Part shown: piece after piece, positions 46,306 through 55,836 of the stretch
Numbering within the stretch: position 1 is the stretch's first letter
Layout of the letters: each line of letters starts with the position of its first letter
DNA from: Bellilinea sp.
Lineage (GTDB): Bacteria > Chloroflexota > Anaerolineae > Anaerolineales > Anaerolineaceae
DNA: 64,000 nucleotides
Direction: 5' to 3'
NCBI GenBank assembly: GCA_034678705.1
Contig: JAXDBP010000030.1
Coordinates: 50,162 to 114,161 of the forward strand
Program-made: the position numbers and the translations under genes
Notes under the pieces: generated by a model
Database searches by the model: none
Seen by the model: only the letters and a program-made list of their open reading frames with translations
What the model was told of the DNA's origin: nothing

Positions 46306-46959
46306 CTACGAAAGCTCCGGCCTCCTCAGCGGCGCATAGCTGCGCCGGTGTTCCGCGCACGGACCCAGCCGCGTCAACGCCTCGCGGTGCATCCGCGTCC
46401 CATAGCCCTTGTGCGCGGCGAAGCCGTACTCCGGATATGTTTCCCCCAGCTCGACCATCCAGGCGTCCCGTTCAGTTTTGGCCAGCACCGAGGCGGCGGC
46501 GATGCTCAGCGAGCGCGCGTCGCCCTTGACCAGCGCAAGCTGCGGCAGCTTGACCGCCGGCAGGCGCAGCGCGTCGATCAGCAGGTGCTCGGGCTGGCAG
46601 CCGCAGGCCTCCAGCGCGCGCGCCATCGCCAGCCGGGTGGCGGCGATGATCCCGCGCGCGTCGATCTCCTCCGCGCTGGCCGCGCCGATTCCCCAGGCGG
46701 CCGCCGCCAGGCGGATTTGACCGGCCCAGTAGGCGCGCTGCCTGGGGGTCATCTGCTTCGAATCGCGCACCCCGCGCAACTCCTCCAGCATGCCGTTCTG
46801 GGGCGGCAGGATCACCGCCGCGGCATAGACCGGCCCAGCCCAGGCGCCGCGGCCGGCTTCGTCCAGTCCGGCAAGTAAGGTTACCCCGCCTTCCCAGAGG
46901 GGCAGCTCGCAGCTCAGGTCGGGGAACGGCGGCGGCTCAATCCGCTCGGGGCGCGGCAT
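46306..46959 (-). CDS. rnhB: Ribonuclease HII
   Basis: GLDEAGRGAWAGPVYAAAV ... DSK ... GYG. Start at ATG 46959 after GAGGAG. Confidence 0.85.
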   Translation of the reverse strand: MPRPERIEPPPFPDLSCELPLWEGGVTLLAGLDEAGRGAWAGPVYAAAVILPPQNGMLEELRGVRDSKQMTPRQRAYWAGQIRLAAAAWGIGAASAEEIDARGIIAATRLAMARALEACGCQPEHLLIDALRLPAVKLPQLALVKGDARSLSIAAASVLAKTERDAWMVELGETYPEYGFAAHKGYGTRMHREALTRLGPCAEHRRSYAPLRRPELS

Positions 46960-47677
46960 CGTAAGCTCCTCGCCGCCCATTGGCGCGGATCGTCAGCAGG
47001 TCGCGGAACATGCGCCAGGAATCGCGCAGCACGCGCACTTTGGATTCCGGGTTGAAATACCAGTCGATCGGGATTTCGCGGATCTGATAGCCGCGCCGGC
47101 GGGCAATGTAGAGCACCTCCACATCGAAGGTCCAGCCGACGATCGTCTGGAGCGGGAAAACCTCCTCAGCCACTGCCGCGCGGAAACACTTGAAGCCGCA
47201 TTGCGTGTCCTGCAATCCGGGCAGGGCCAGCCAGCGCACCAGCGCGTTGAAGGCCCGCCCGGTCAGGTGGCGGTATTCGGGCTCGTTGTAGCGCACCGCC
47301 CCGGGCGACTCGCGCGAGGCGATGGCGATGTCGACCCCGTCGAGCTGCGGCGGCAGGAAGCGGTTGATCTGTTCGATCGGCATCGACAGGTCGGCGTCGC
47401 AGATGAAGCGGTACTGTCCGGCCGCCGCCAGCATGCCGGCGCGCACCGCGCGGCCCTTGCCGCGCTGCTCCTCGTGCAGCGCGCGGACGCGCCTGTCGCG
47501 GGCGGCTAACTCGCGGGCGATCTCCAGCGTGCGGTCGCGGCTGCCGTTCTCGACGACAACCACCTCGGCGGCATAGCTCTGCTGGTCGAGAAAGCGAAGA
47601 ATGCCCTCCAGCGTCTCGGGCAGGCGGGATTCCTCGTTGTAGGCGGGGATGATGATGGAGAGTAAGGGGGTGGTCAA
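46937..47677 (-). CDS. Family 2 glycosyltransferase (polyprenyl-phosphate sugar transferase-like)
   Basis: LSIIIPAYNEE ... DADL ... architecture. Confidence 0.85.
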   Translation of the reverse strand: MTTPLLSIIIPAYNEESRLPETLEGILRFLDQQSYAAEVVVVENGSRDRTLEIARELAARDRRVRALHEEQRGKGRAVRAGMLAAAGQYRFICDADLSMPIEQINRFLPPQLDGVDIAIASRESPGAVRYNEPEYRHLTGRAFNALVRWLALPGLQDTQCGFKCFRAAVAEEVFPLQTIVGWTFDVEVLYIARRRGYQIREIPIDWYFNPESKVRVLRDSWRMFRDLLTIRANGRRGAYDAAPRAD

Positions 47678-47713
47678 GCCTGATTACCTCGCTGGTCAGG
47701 CAACGCGATGGTG

Positions 47714-48055
47714 TTAGAACAAGGGTGCGTCGAGCCGGTCGTGCTCGCCCTGCAGGCTGCCGCTGAGCAGGATCTCTTTGCCGGCCACGCTGACCAGGCG
47801 CAGCGCAGATTTCACCGCGAAGGTGCTGGCCAGGTACTCCTCGCGCGCGCCGCTGACGAACTTCTGCCCGGCCTTGATCCGCCGGATAAGCTCATCACGG
47901 CTGATCAGCAGCCAGTCAGACCACGTCGGTCCGCGCCGCTCGTAGATGCGCGCGACCTGCAGACTGCCGTCCGGCGCATAACGGACGGCCTCGACCACGC
48001 CGTCGAACTTCTTGGGGACCTGGGTGTCCTTTTCGCGGGCGAACAGTTTCAGCAT
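47714..48055 (-). CDS. Small hypothetical protein
   Basis: 113 aa from MLKLFAREKD. The longer 340-aa track ORF would run through the tRNA and is low-complexity. Confidence 0.5.
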   Translation of the reverse strand: MLKLFAREKDTQVPKKFDGVVEAVRYAPDGSLQVARIYERRGPTWSDWLLISRDELIRRIKAGQKFVSGAREEYLASTFAVKSALRLVSVAGKEILLSGSLQGEHDRLDAPLF

Positions 48056-48141
48056 AGGGTTCCCCTCGTGAGAAGATGAGCAATACGGATCGTGCGGTTT
48101 AGGGCAACCGCCGAGGGGTTCTCGGCGGTTGGATTTCGGAC

Positions 48142-48217
48142 TGGTCGGGGTGGGCGGACTTGAACCGCCGACCCCCGCGTCCCAAACGCGGTGCGCTGCC
48201 AACTGCGCTACACCCCG
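48142..48217 (-). tRNA. tRNA-Pro (anticodon TGG), CCA encoded
   Basis: Manual fold: acceptor CGGGGTG/CACCCCG, D arm GCGC-AGTTGGCA-GCGC, anticodon arm CCGCG-TTTGGGA-CGCGG, T arm GGCGG-TTCAAGT-CCGCC, then A-CCA. 76 nt. Confidence 0.85.
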
Positions 48218-48238
48218 GCTGCACCGAGTATAATCCGA

Positions 48239-49144
48239 ATGATGGACACACGTCAAGGAAAAGCCCTGGCGGGTTTGCTGCTGATTTTGCTGCTGGCGGG
48301 CTGCGCTGCCGCGCCGATCTCGGCGCCTCGGCCGGCGCTGGCCAAGCTCAGCGCCACGCCCGGCCCCACCGGTACGCCGACCGCCAGCGCCAGCCCCAGT
48401 CCAACCCAAAGCCCGACCCCGACCCTGACGCCCACCCCGGCCTGCAGCGAGGTGACCGGCCGGGTGCTGGCGCTGCAGATCGAATCCGCCGCCATGCCCA
48501 AGCCGATGCAGTTCAACCTCTACCTGCCGCCCTGCTACGATCCGGCCCGCCAGCCGGGCTATCCGGCGCTGTACATGATCCACGGGCAGACCTACAACCA
48601 GGATCAGTGGCCGCGCCTGGGCATCGCCGAACAGGCTGACGCGCTGATCTCCTCCGGCGAGCTGCCGCCCTTTTTGATCGTCATGCCCTTCGAGGAGTAT
48701 TCCCTGCGCGATCCGTTCTCGACCGGTTTCGGGCAATCTCTGCCGGACGAGCTGATCCCCTGGATCGACGCGAATTACAACACCTGCGCCGAGCGCGAAT
48801 GCCGCGCCATCGGCGGCCTATCGCGCGGGGGAGCCTGGGCGCTCCACCTGGGCTTTTCCCGCTGGGAGTTGTTCGGCGCAATCGGGGCGCACTCCGTGCC
48901 GCCGTTCAACGGCAGCGGCGACCGGCTGGCCGGCTGGCTGGAGGCCATCCCGGACGGACAGGAGCCGCGCATTTACATGGACATCGGCGCGAATGATCCT
49001 TACCGACGGCTGGCCGAGGATTTCGAGCAGCGCCTGAGCGGTTACGGCGTCGCGCACGACTGGGTGCTTAACGAGGGCAGCCACACCGAGGAGTACTGGA
49101 GCGCGCACGTGGAGGAGTATTTAAAGTGGTACTGGGGGAAGTAG
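48239..49144 (+). CDS. Putative esterase family lipoprotein (alpha/beta hydrolase)
   Basis: LLLILLLAGC lipobox. YMIHGQ ... IGGLSRGGAWAL. Confidence 0.75.
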   Translation: MMDTRQGKALAGLLLILLLAGCAAAPISAPRPALAKLSATPGPTGTPTASASPSPTQSPTPTLTPTPACSEVTGRVLALQIESAAMPKPMQFNLYLPPCYDPARQPGYPALYMIHGQTYNQDQWPRLGIAEQADALISSGELPPFLIVMPFEEYSLRDPFSTGFGQSLPDELIPWIDANYNTCAERECRAIGGLSRGGAWALHLGFSRWELFGAIGAHSVPPFNGSGDRLAGWLEAIPDGQEPRIYMDIGANDPYRRLAEDFEQRLSGYGVAHDWVLNEGSHTEEYWSAHVEEYLKWYWGK

Positions 49145-49204
49145 GGGCGAAGCATCCGCTGATCGGCTCTGTATTCCACTGCCCATCAACGGATGCTTCG
49201 CCCC
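49144..49204. repeat. REP doublet (GGGGCGAAGCATCCG arms)
   Basis: Perfect 15-nt inverted arms 31 nt apart. The GTAG head overlaps the esterase stop codon. Confidence 0.8.
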
Positions 49205-49241
49205 TGCTGCTAGTACAATAATCTACCAAGGGGAAAGGGAA

Positions 49242-49817
49242 ATGGGCAGCAGGCAACATCATGACCGCAGATCTCTCCGGCTCAAGGGCTACGATTATAC
49301 GCAGCCGGGCGCATACTTTGTTACGATTAACACCTGGCGGGGCGTTTATCTCTTTGGCGAGATTAAAGCAGAGGAAATGAGGTTGAATCGCTTTGGAGAA
49401 TTGGCCGGTCGCAGAATTTTGCTCTTGCAAGAATATTTTCCTATCCATATTTACTCGTGGGTGGTTATGCCAAATCACATCCATATGATCCTTGTCCTGG
49501 AGGATTCAAGTAAGGGCGAAGCATCCGAGTTGATGAGAGGCAAATTTCTGAGCCGGTCCGCGGATGCTTCGCCCCTACCCAATGGAACAAAAAGAGGGTC
49601 CCTGGGAGCAATTATTCAAAACTACAAGTCTGTGACCAGCCGTCAAATTAATCAGATGCGTTTTACGCCGGGAAAACTGGTCTGGCAGCGGAATTATTAT
49701 GAGCACATCATCCGAGATGAACTGGAGATGAGCCGTATTCATGATTACATCATCGCCAATCCAATCAGCTGGTCTGCAGATCCCGAAAATCAGGCAAGGG
49801 TGAAGCATCCGCGGTGA
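49242..49817 (+). CDS. IS200-like Y1/HUH transposase homologue (RAYT-like)
   Basis: HUH NHIHMIL, WQRNYYEHIIRDE, IIANP. REP doublets upstream, internal and at the stop. Confidence 0.75.
   Translation: MGSRQHHDRRSLRLKGYDYTQPGAYFVTINTWRGVYLFGEIKAEEMRLNRFGELAGRRILLLQEYFPIHIYSWVVMPNHIHMILVLEDSSKGEASELMRGKFLSRSADASPLPNGTKRGSLGAIIQNYKSVTSRQINQMRFTPGKLVWQRNYYEHIIRDELEMSRIHDYIIANPISWSADPENQARVKHPR
49514..49575. repeat. REP doublet inside the RAYT-like coding sequence
   Basis: GGGCGAAGCATCCG ... CGGATGCTTCGCCCC, 14-15-nt arms 33 nt apart, translated in frame as GEAS...DASP. Confidence 0.8.
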
Positions 49818-49862
49818 AGACGGACGCAATTCAAGGTCAATCCACGGATGCTCCGCCCCTAC
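49800..49862. repeat. Degenerate REP doublet spanning the RAYT-like stop and the Fur stop
   Basis: GTGAAGCATCCG ... CGGATGCTCCGCCCCTAC. Confidence 0.65.
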
Positions 49863-50239
49863 GGAGCGCAATCCGCGCAGAGGCCGAACAGCACCAGGTG
49901 GTTGGTGGCGATACTAAAACCATGGCTGCGCCCGACCGAGTCGAAAAAAGCCTGCACCTCGTCGTGTTCTAAGGTAACCACCCGCCCGCAACTCTGACAG
50001 ACCAGGTGATGGTGGATGCCCTCCTGGACGATCTCGTACACCGCCGCGCCGGTGCCCATATCCGAGATAGAGATCTCCCCCGCTTTTGCCATCCGCTCCA
50101 GAGCGCGGTAGACCGTCGACGGATTCACCGCCGGCAGCTTGGTGCGGATTCGTTCGTAGATCTCGCTGGCTGTCAGATGGGCGGGGACGTCCACTGCCAG
50201 CGTCTCCAGGATGGCCGCCTGCACCGATGATGCTCTCAT
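49859..50239 (-). CDS. Fur family transcriptional regulator
   Basis: HHHLVCQSCGRV ... CADC metal-site motifs and an N-terminal winged helix. Confidence 0.85.
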   Translation of the reverse strand: MRASSVQAAILETLAVDVPAHLTASEIYERIRTKLPAVNPSTVYRALERMAKAGEISISDMGTGAAVYEIVQEGIHHHLVCQSCGRVVTLEHDEVQAFFDSVGRSHGFSIATNHLVLFGLCADCAP

Positions 50240-50264
50240 GCTCTTCCCTCTCGGAATTTAGCGC

Positions 50265-50288
50265 AAATTATTGCAAATGCAATAGTTT
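50265..50288. promoter_or_regulatory. Candidate Fur-family operator
   Basis: AAATTATTGCAA/ATGCAATAGTTT, a near-perfect 24-bp palindrome with core ATTGCAAATGCAAT, immediately upstream of TATATATAAT in the fur-cbiM intergenic region. Confidence 0.4.
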
Positions 50289-50404
50289 GTATATATAATA
50301 GTTCGCAATAGTAACTGCACTTCTATTCTATCAAACCTTGCCTAAAAACAAAGACGGTTGTGCAGCCCGGTTGATTCCTCTCTCCGGGCGTAAATGGAGA
50401 TGCC

Positions 50405-51364
50405 ATGTTCTACTCGCCCATGCCCATGCACATCCCGGACGGTTTTCTCACCCTGCCGCTGGCGCTCTTCCTCTGGCTGGTCTCGGCCGGCTTCATCGCC
50501 GCCGCCCTGCGCCGCGTGGAGCGCGACCTGGACGAACGCGCCCTGCCCCTGATGGGCGTGCTTGCCGCGGCAATCTTCGCCGGGCAGATGCTAAACTTCA
50601 GCGTGGTCGGCGGCACCTCCGGGCACCTGCTCGGCGCCGCGCTGGCGACCATCCTGCTCGGCCCCTGGCCGGCCGTGCTGGTGATGACCAGCGTCGTCGC
50701 CGTCCAGGCGCTGCTCTTTCAGGACGGCGGACTGCTGGCCCTGGGCGCCAACCTGTTTAACATGGCCGTGCTCGGCGTGCTGGTGGCCTACACCGTCCAG
50801 CGACTTTTCCAGCGGCTGGTTGGCGGCAAACGCTGGGCGCTCATCGCCGGCGGTTTCGCTGCTGCCTGGACCTCGACCGTTGCCGCGGCGCTCGCCTGCG
50901 GACTGCAACTGGCTGTCTCCGGGCTCTCGCCGGCCAATCTGGCCGTGCCCGCCATGGGCGGCGTGCACGCCTTGATAGGCGTCGGCGAGGGGCTGATCAC
51001 CGCCGCTGCGCTGGCCTTCCTCTCCGCCGCCCGCCGCGACCTGCTGACAGCGGCGCCTGGCAGACAGAAGGCCGACCGGCCGGTGCTGATCGGCGGGATG
51101 CTGTTTGCCGTCGGGCTGGCGGTGGCCTCGCCGCTTGCCTCGGCCCATCCGGATGGATTGGAATGGGTGGCGGAGCAGCAGAACTTCATCCACGCAGCCC
51201 GCGCGCCGTTCTTCGAGCTGATCCCGGATTACCTGCTGCCAGGCATCCAGAACGAAGCCCTGGCGACCATCCTGGCGGGGGTGATTGGCTTGATCCTGGT
51301 CGCCGCGGTAACCGTCCTGATTGCCCGCGGACGGCGCCGCGCCGGTAAAACCGGGCCGGCGTGA
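50405..51364 (+). CDS. cbiM: ECF transporter substrate component CbiM fused to a PDGLE (CbiN-like) domain
   Basis: MHIPDGFL signature. C-terminal HPDGLEW plus a terminal TM helix. Confidence 0.85.
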   Translation: MFYSPMPMHIPDGFLTLPLALFLWLVSAGFIAAALRRVERDLDERALPLMGVLAAAIFAGQMLNFSVVGGTSGHLLGAALATILLGPWPAVLVMTSVVAVQALLFQDGGLLALGANLFNMAVLGVLVAYTVQRLFQRLVGGKRWALIAGGFAAAWTSTVAAALACGLQLAVSGLSPANLAVPAMGGVHALIGVGEGLITAAALAFLSAARRDLLTAAPGRQKADRPVLIGGMLFAVGLAVASPLASAHPDGLEWVAEQQNFIHAARAPFFELIPDYLLPGIQNEALATILAGVIGLILVAAVTVLIARGRRRAGKTGPA

Positions 51365-52167
51365 GCGTTCCTGCGCCTGACCCTTACCCTCAGGGGGGCA
51401 GCCGGCTGCACCGTGCCGACGCGCGCCTGAAGCTGCTGCTCACCCTCGGGTTCATCCTCACCGCCGGGCTACTGCCCGACGGCGCCTGGTCGGCGTTGAT
51501 TCTGCTGCTCTCGCTGGCGCTCAGCGCGGCGCTGCTCTCGCGCGCCGGCCTGGCCCGCCTGCTGCGCCGCTCGCTGCTGGCGCTGCCTTTCCTGCTGGCC
51601 GCCCTGCCGGTGCTCTTCACCCTGCCGGGCGAACCGCTGGCTCAAATCCCGCTTTTTGGCCGCCAGGCGGTCATCAGCCAGGCCGGGCTGGAGCGCTTTC
51701 TGACCATCGCGCTCAAATCCTGGCTCTCGCTGCTGGCGGCGCTGATCTTCAGCGCGGTGACGCCCTTCCCTCAGACGCTGGCAGCTATGCGCTCGCTGCG
51801 CGCGCCGCGCCTGCTGGTCGCGCTGATTGGGCTGATGTGGCGTTATCTATTCGTCATGGTCGACAGCGCCGAGCGGCTGCTGCGCGCGCGTGAATCGCGC
51901 AGCGCGGCCAGCCCGCGGCCCGGCCTGCGCAGCGGAGGACGGTTGACCTGGCGGGCACGCGTCACCGGCGGGATGGCCGGCAGCCTGCTGCTGCGCTCGA
52001 TCGAGCGCAGCGAGCGGGTCTACGCGGCCATGCTCGCCCGCGGGTACGACGGCGAGGTGCGCAGCCTGACCGCCGCGCCGTTCCAACCGGTCGTCTGGGG
52101 CGCGCTGATCGCCGGTCTTGCATTCTACGCTGGATTGGTGCTGCTGGCCTGGCTGCTCGCCGGTTGA
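51361..52167 (+). CDS. cbiQ: ECF transporter transmembrane (T) component CbiQ
   Basis: Polytopic 268-aa ORF. 4-nt overlap with cbiM. Followed by the ATPase gene. Confidence 0.8.
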   Translation: MSVPAPDPYPQGGSRLHRADARLKLLLTLGFILTAGLLPDGAWSALILLLSLALSAALLSRAGLARLLRRSLLALPFLLAALPVLFTLPGEPLAQIPLFGRQAVISQAGLERFLTIALKSWLSLLAALIFSAVTPFPQTLAAMRSLRAPRLLVALIGLMWRYLFVMVDSAERLLRARESRSAASPRPGLRSGGRLTWRARVTGGMAGSLLLRSIERSERVYAAMLARGYDGEVRSLTAAPFQPVVWGALIAGLAFYAGLVLLAWLLAG

Positions 52168-52176
52168 GGAGAGCTA

Positions 52177-52881
52177 TTGGATCCCGCCATTGACATCGCC
52201 AGCCTTTCCTTTACATATCCGGACGGTCAGCCGGCGCTGGTGGATATATCGCTGCGGGTGATGCCCGGCGAACGGGTTGCGCTGGTTGGGCCGAACGGAG
52301 CCGGCAAGTCAACCCTGCTGCTGCACCTCAACGGCATCCTGCGCGGCGAGGGGCAGGTACGTATATTCGGCCTGCCGTGCGAAAAGGACAATCTTCGCCG
52401 CATCCGCGCGCTGGTCGGGCTGGTCTTCCAGTCGCCGGACGACCAGCTCTTCTCGCCGACCGTCTATGAGGACGTCGCCTATGGGCCGATCTATCAGGGC
52501 CTGCCCGAGGCTGAGGTCGCAGCGCGGGTCGAGGCGGCTTTGAGCGCGGTGGGTATGCAGGCAGCTGTAAGGCGCATGCCCTATCACCTCAGCCTGGGGG
52601 AGAAAAAGCGCATCGCGCTGGCAACTGTGCTCTCCATGCAGGCGCAAATTCTGGCTTTCGACGAGCCATCCGCCGGCATGGATCCACGCGGGCGGCGCGG
52701 GTTGATCGAGCTGCTCGCATCGCTGCCGCAGACGCTGCTGGTCGCCACCCACGACCTGGCGCTCGTCCGCGCGGCGCTGGCGCGCACGATTGTCCTTGAC
52801 GGCGGGCGGTTGGTCGCTGACGGACCGACCGGCCAAATCCTGGCGGACGAAGCCCTGCTGGATGCTCACGGCTTGCGCTAG
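52177..52881 (+). CDS. cbiO: ECF transporter ATPase CbiO
   Basis: Walker A GPNGAGKST, signature LSLGEKKR, Walker B ILAFDEP. Confidence 0.85.
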   Translation: MDPAIDIASLSFTYPDGQPALVDISLRVMPGERVALVGPNGAGKSTLLLHLNGILRGEGQVRIFGLPCEKDNLRRIRALVGLVFQSPDDQLFSPTVYEDVAYGPIYQGLPEAEVAARVEAALSAVGMQAAVRRMPYHLSLGEKKRIALATVLSMQAQILAFDEPSAGMDPRGRRGLIELLASLPQTLLVATHDLALVRAALARTIVLDGGRLVADGPTGQILADEALLDAHGLR

Positions 52882-52901
52882 GTGGCGCGATAATTGCACA
52901 T

Positions 52902-53726
52902 TTGACAGGTAACTGTAAAGTCCGGGACGATCTTTTTGGATTCTGCTTCGTTATACTGTGTTTAATCCACCGGATCGGGCGCAGGGATTATGCCTGGCAT
53001 GCCCTTCTGGCGGTGGATGGAGGCTGGCGGTTGCAACGCGAATGGGCTCGCTATAACACGACCAACAGGCTGGCGGTCCTGGTATTGATCATGCTCGCCT
53101 TCAGCGGGCTGGTTTTCATGCTGCTCGTCCCCGGGCGCATGATGATCCGCGGCATCCAGCAGTTTTCCATTTCGCTGCATTCCCCGCTGCAGGCCGATTA
53201 CAGCCCTGACCTGCAGGCTATCCCGCTGGCGCCGGTGGAGATGGCACTGATCGAAGATGCCCTGGCCGACCGCAATACCTTCGACGTCGTGCCGGATATC
53301 TTCGATGCCCTCAACACGCCAGTGGCAATCGTCACGCCACTGCCGGTCGGCCTGCCCACCCAGGCGCTGTTCCCGGTGTTCCCCACCCTGCCATCGACGT
53401 CGACTTCGGCGCCGCCGACGGCGGTAAGGACGCCAACGCGCACCGGCACGGTGACAGTCACGCCGACGGGCACGCGCACAATCGGGCCGACCCAGACAGC
53501 TACCAGCCCGGTTGTTAACCCCACCCATACACCCACCACCCCTCCCACAAAAACGCCAATTCCGCCGACTCCGCCAACTCCTACGGATGCAGGTTACCCA
53601 CCACCGCCCACAGACACGCAGCCTCCTCCTCCAACGCCATACCCCATTGATACCCCAATTCCTGGTGATACACCGGTGAGTGGGCCAACTGCTACCCCGA
53701 TTCCACCAACACCTCCTTACCCGTAA
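52902..53726 (+). CDS. Membrane-anchored Pro/Thr-rich hypothetical protein (start uncertain)
   Basis: One TM helix (LAVLVLIMLAFSGLVFMLLV), then a long PT-rich low-complexity tail. Confidence 0.45.
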   Translation: MTGNCKVRDDLFGFCFVILCLIHRIGRRDYAWHALLAVDGGWRLQREWARYNTTNRLAVLVLIMLAFSGLVFMLLVPGRMMIRGIQQFSISLHSPLQADYSPDLQAIPLAPVEMALIEDALADRNTFDVVPDIFDALNTPVAIVTPLPVGLPTQALFPVFPTLPSTSTSAPPTAVRTPTRTGTVTVTPTGTRTIGPTQTATSPVVNPTHTPTTPPTKTPIPPTPPTPTDAGYPPPPTDTQPPPPTPYPIDTPIPGDTPVSGPTATPIPPTPPYP

Positions 53727-53770
53727 ATAAGCGCGCCGAACGAATTGAAGATAAGTTTCGCGCGTATAAT

Positions 53771-55711
53771 TTGTGTATGCCTGCCACCCCCGTTGACGCT
53801 GCCTGGTATATCCTTGCCACCCTGATCGTCCTGGCGCTGCCCGGCGCGGCCTGGCTGGTCTGGGCGCCCGGCAGCAGGGCCGATCCCTTCGAGCGTCTGG
53901 CGGACGCGGTCGGCCTCTCCATTGCCCTGACCGCGCTGTTTGGCCTGGCGGCCTTTCTGACCGGCTTCCGCTGGGTGAATGAGGCCTTCCTCAACTGGGC
54001 GGCGCTTGGGCTGCTGCTGATCCTGGTCGTTGGCCTGCTGCTGCGCCTGCCCGCGCGCTCCGCCGCCCCCCGTCCGCGCCGCTGGCTGCGCCTGGGCGCT
54101 TCGCTGCTGGGTCTGCTGGCCCTGGTCGGGCTGATCCTTTGGCGGCTGTACCAGGCGCGCAGCCTGGCGCTGCCCGCCTGGGTCGATTCGGTCCACCATA
54201 CGCTGATCGTCCGGCTCATCCTGGAAACAGGCGGGCTGCCGGCCACGCTCGAGCCGTACATCCGGGCGGAGTTCGGCTATCATTACGGCTTTCACCTGAT
54301 CGCCGCGCTCTTCTCCATCTGGGCGCGCAGCCAGCCGGCGGAGACCCTGCTCTGGTTCGGGCAGGTGATCAACGCGCTTGTGGCGCTCTCAGTCTACCGC
54401 CTGGGTAAGACCCTTTGGGACGACGCCCGTCCGGCTGCCCTGGCAGCGCTGCTGGTGGGATTCGCCTTTCACATGCCGGCCTATTACCTGACCTGGGGGC
54501 GCTATACCCTGCTGACCGGGCTGATCCTGCTGCCGCTGGCCATGTCCGCCGCGCTGCAGGTTGTCCGCGGACCGGCCCGCCGCGGCGACTGGCTGCGCCT
54601 GCTGCTGCTGACCGCCGGGGTGGCGCTCGCGCACATCACCGCGCTGCTGCTGCTCGGCTTTTTCATGGCCGTGCTGCTGATTCTCGCGCTGGCTGACCGG
54701 ATCGCCGAACGCAGGTGGGCGCGCCCGCCCAGGGTCGAAACGCCGGTTGAGGACTCGCCGGAAACGCCGGCGGTTCCACCTTCCTTGTTGGATGGAATCT
54801 GGCAGCCGGCCGCCGCGGCGCTGCTGGGCCTGCTGCTGGCGGCGCCCTGGCTGGCGCGCGTCTGGGAGCAGTCGGGCCCGCAGGCCAACCTGCGCATGAT
54901 CTCGCCGCTGGACGGCAGCCAGCTGGATTACGGGCGCTACATTATTTACCTGCTGGGTCCGCTGCACAACGAAGTACTTTTAGGAATCGCGGGCGTCGGA
55001 TTGATCCTGGCGCTCTTGCGGAGCGCCGCGCGTCCGCTGGCCGTCTGGGGATTATTACTGGCCCTGTTCACTCTGCCCTGGGGACTGCGTATCGACCCGT
55101 TCAGACCGGATCACATGGCGATTGTGCTCTTCCTGCCGGCGGCGCTGCTGATCGGCGGGCTGTACAGCAGCGCGCTGGGTCTTCTGGCGCGCCTGCCTTG
55201 GAAATGGCTGCGGATTGGGCTGCATACTGTGCTGCTTCTGGCTGGCCTTGGATTGGCCGGTTGGGGCGCCTGGAATACACGCGATGTGCTCAATACCTCC
55301 ACGATATTCACCGATGCGGCGGATGTGCAGGCGCTGAGCTGGGTGGCGGAAAACACGCCGGATGACGCCCGATTTTTAATCAACACGACTATTTGGATGG
55401 GGGAGATATACCGCGGCGTTGACGGCGGCTACTGGATTCAGCCGATCACCGGCAGAGAAGCTATTCTGCCTTCGGTGCTCTACAATTACGGCGAGCCCGG
55501 CTACATCGCGCAAATTACCAGCCAGGCTGAGCGAGCCAGTAACCTGACCGACTGCGGCGAGGATTTCTGGTCGCTGGTGCACGATGCGAAGATCACTTTT
55601 GTTTACATCCGCGAGGGTCAGGGCAGCTTGCAGCCGGCAGCCCTGGCGAATTGCCCGGGATTGGTGCAGGTTTACCGCCGCGGCGGGGTGTACATTTACG
55701 AGATTAATTAG
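53771..55711 (+). CDS. Large polytopic membrane protein (GT-C-like glycosyltransferase candidate)
   Basis: 646 aa with many TM helices followed by a soluble C-terminal domain. Function not established. Confidence 0.55.
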   Translation: MCMPATPVDAAWYILATLIVLALPGAAWLVWAPGSRADPFERLADAVGLSIALTALFGLAAFLTGFRWVNEAFLNWAALGLLLILVVGLLLRLPARSAAPRPRRWLRLGASLLGLLALVGLILWRLYQARSLALPAWVDSVHHTLIVRLILETGGLPATLEPYIRAEFGYHYGFHLIAALFSIWARSQPAETLLWFGQVINALVALSVYRLGKTLWDDARPAALAALLVGFAFHMPAYYLTWGRYTLLTGLILLPLAMSAALQVVRGPARRGDWLRLLLLTAGVALAHITALLLLGFFMAVLLILALADRIAERRWARPPRVETPVEDSPETPAVPPSLLDGIWQPAAAALLGLLLAAPWLARVWEQSGPQANLRMISPLDGSQLDYGRYIIYLLGPLHNEVLLGIAGVGLILALLRSAARPLAVWGLLLALFTLPWGLRIDPFRPDHMAIVLFLPAALLIGGLYSSALGLLARLPWKWLRIGLHTVLLLAGLGLAGWGAWNTRDVLNTSTIFTDAADVQALSWVAENTPDDARFLINTTIWMGEIYRGVDGGYWIQPITGREAILPSVLYNYGEPGYIAQITSQAERASNLTDCGEDFWSLVHDAKITFVYIREGQGSLQPAALANCPGLVQVYRRGGVYIYEIN

Positions 55712-55836
55712 TAGAATAGGCACCATTATCAGTGTTATTATTTTTGCTGGTTGCATTGTGAAAATTGCCACCAGCAGTTGCTTGTGATATACTTACAACA
55801 ATTCGGACAATCTGAGTAAACTTTGAAAGGATTGCG

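Noticed and set aside
50300-50404. Cobalamin or NiCo riboswitch upstream of cbiM
   Set aside because: The leader is only about 100 nt. I could not find a B12-box-like element or the multi-stem architecture. Only a single GC hairpin is present.
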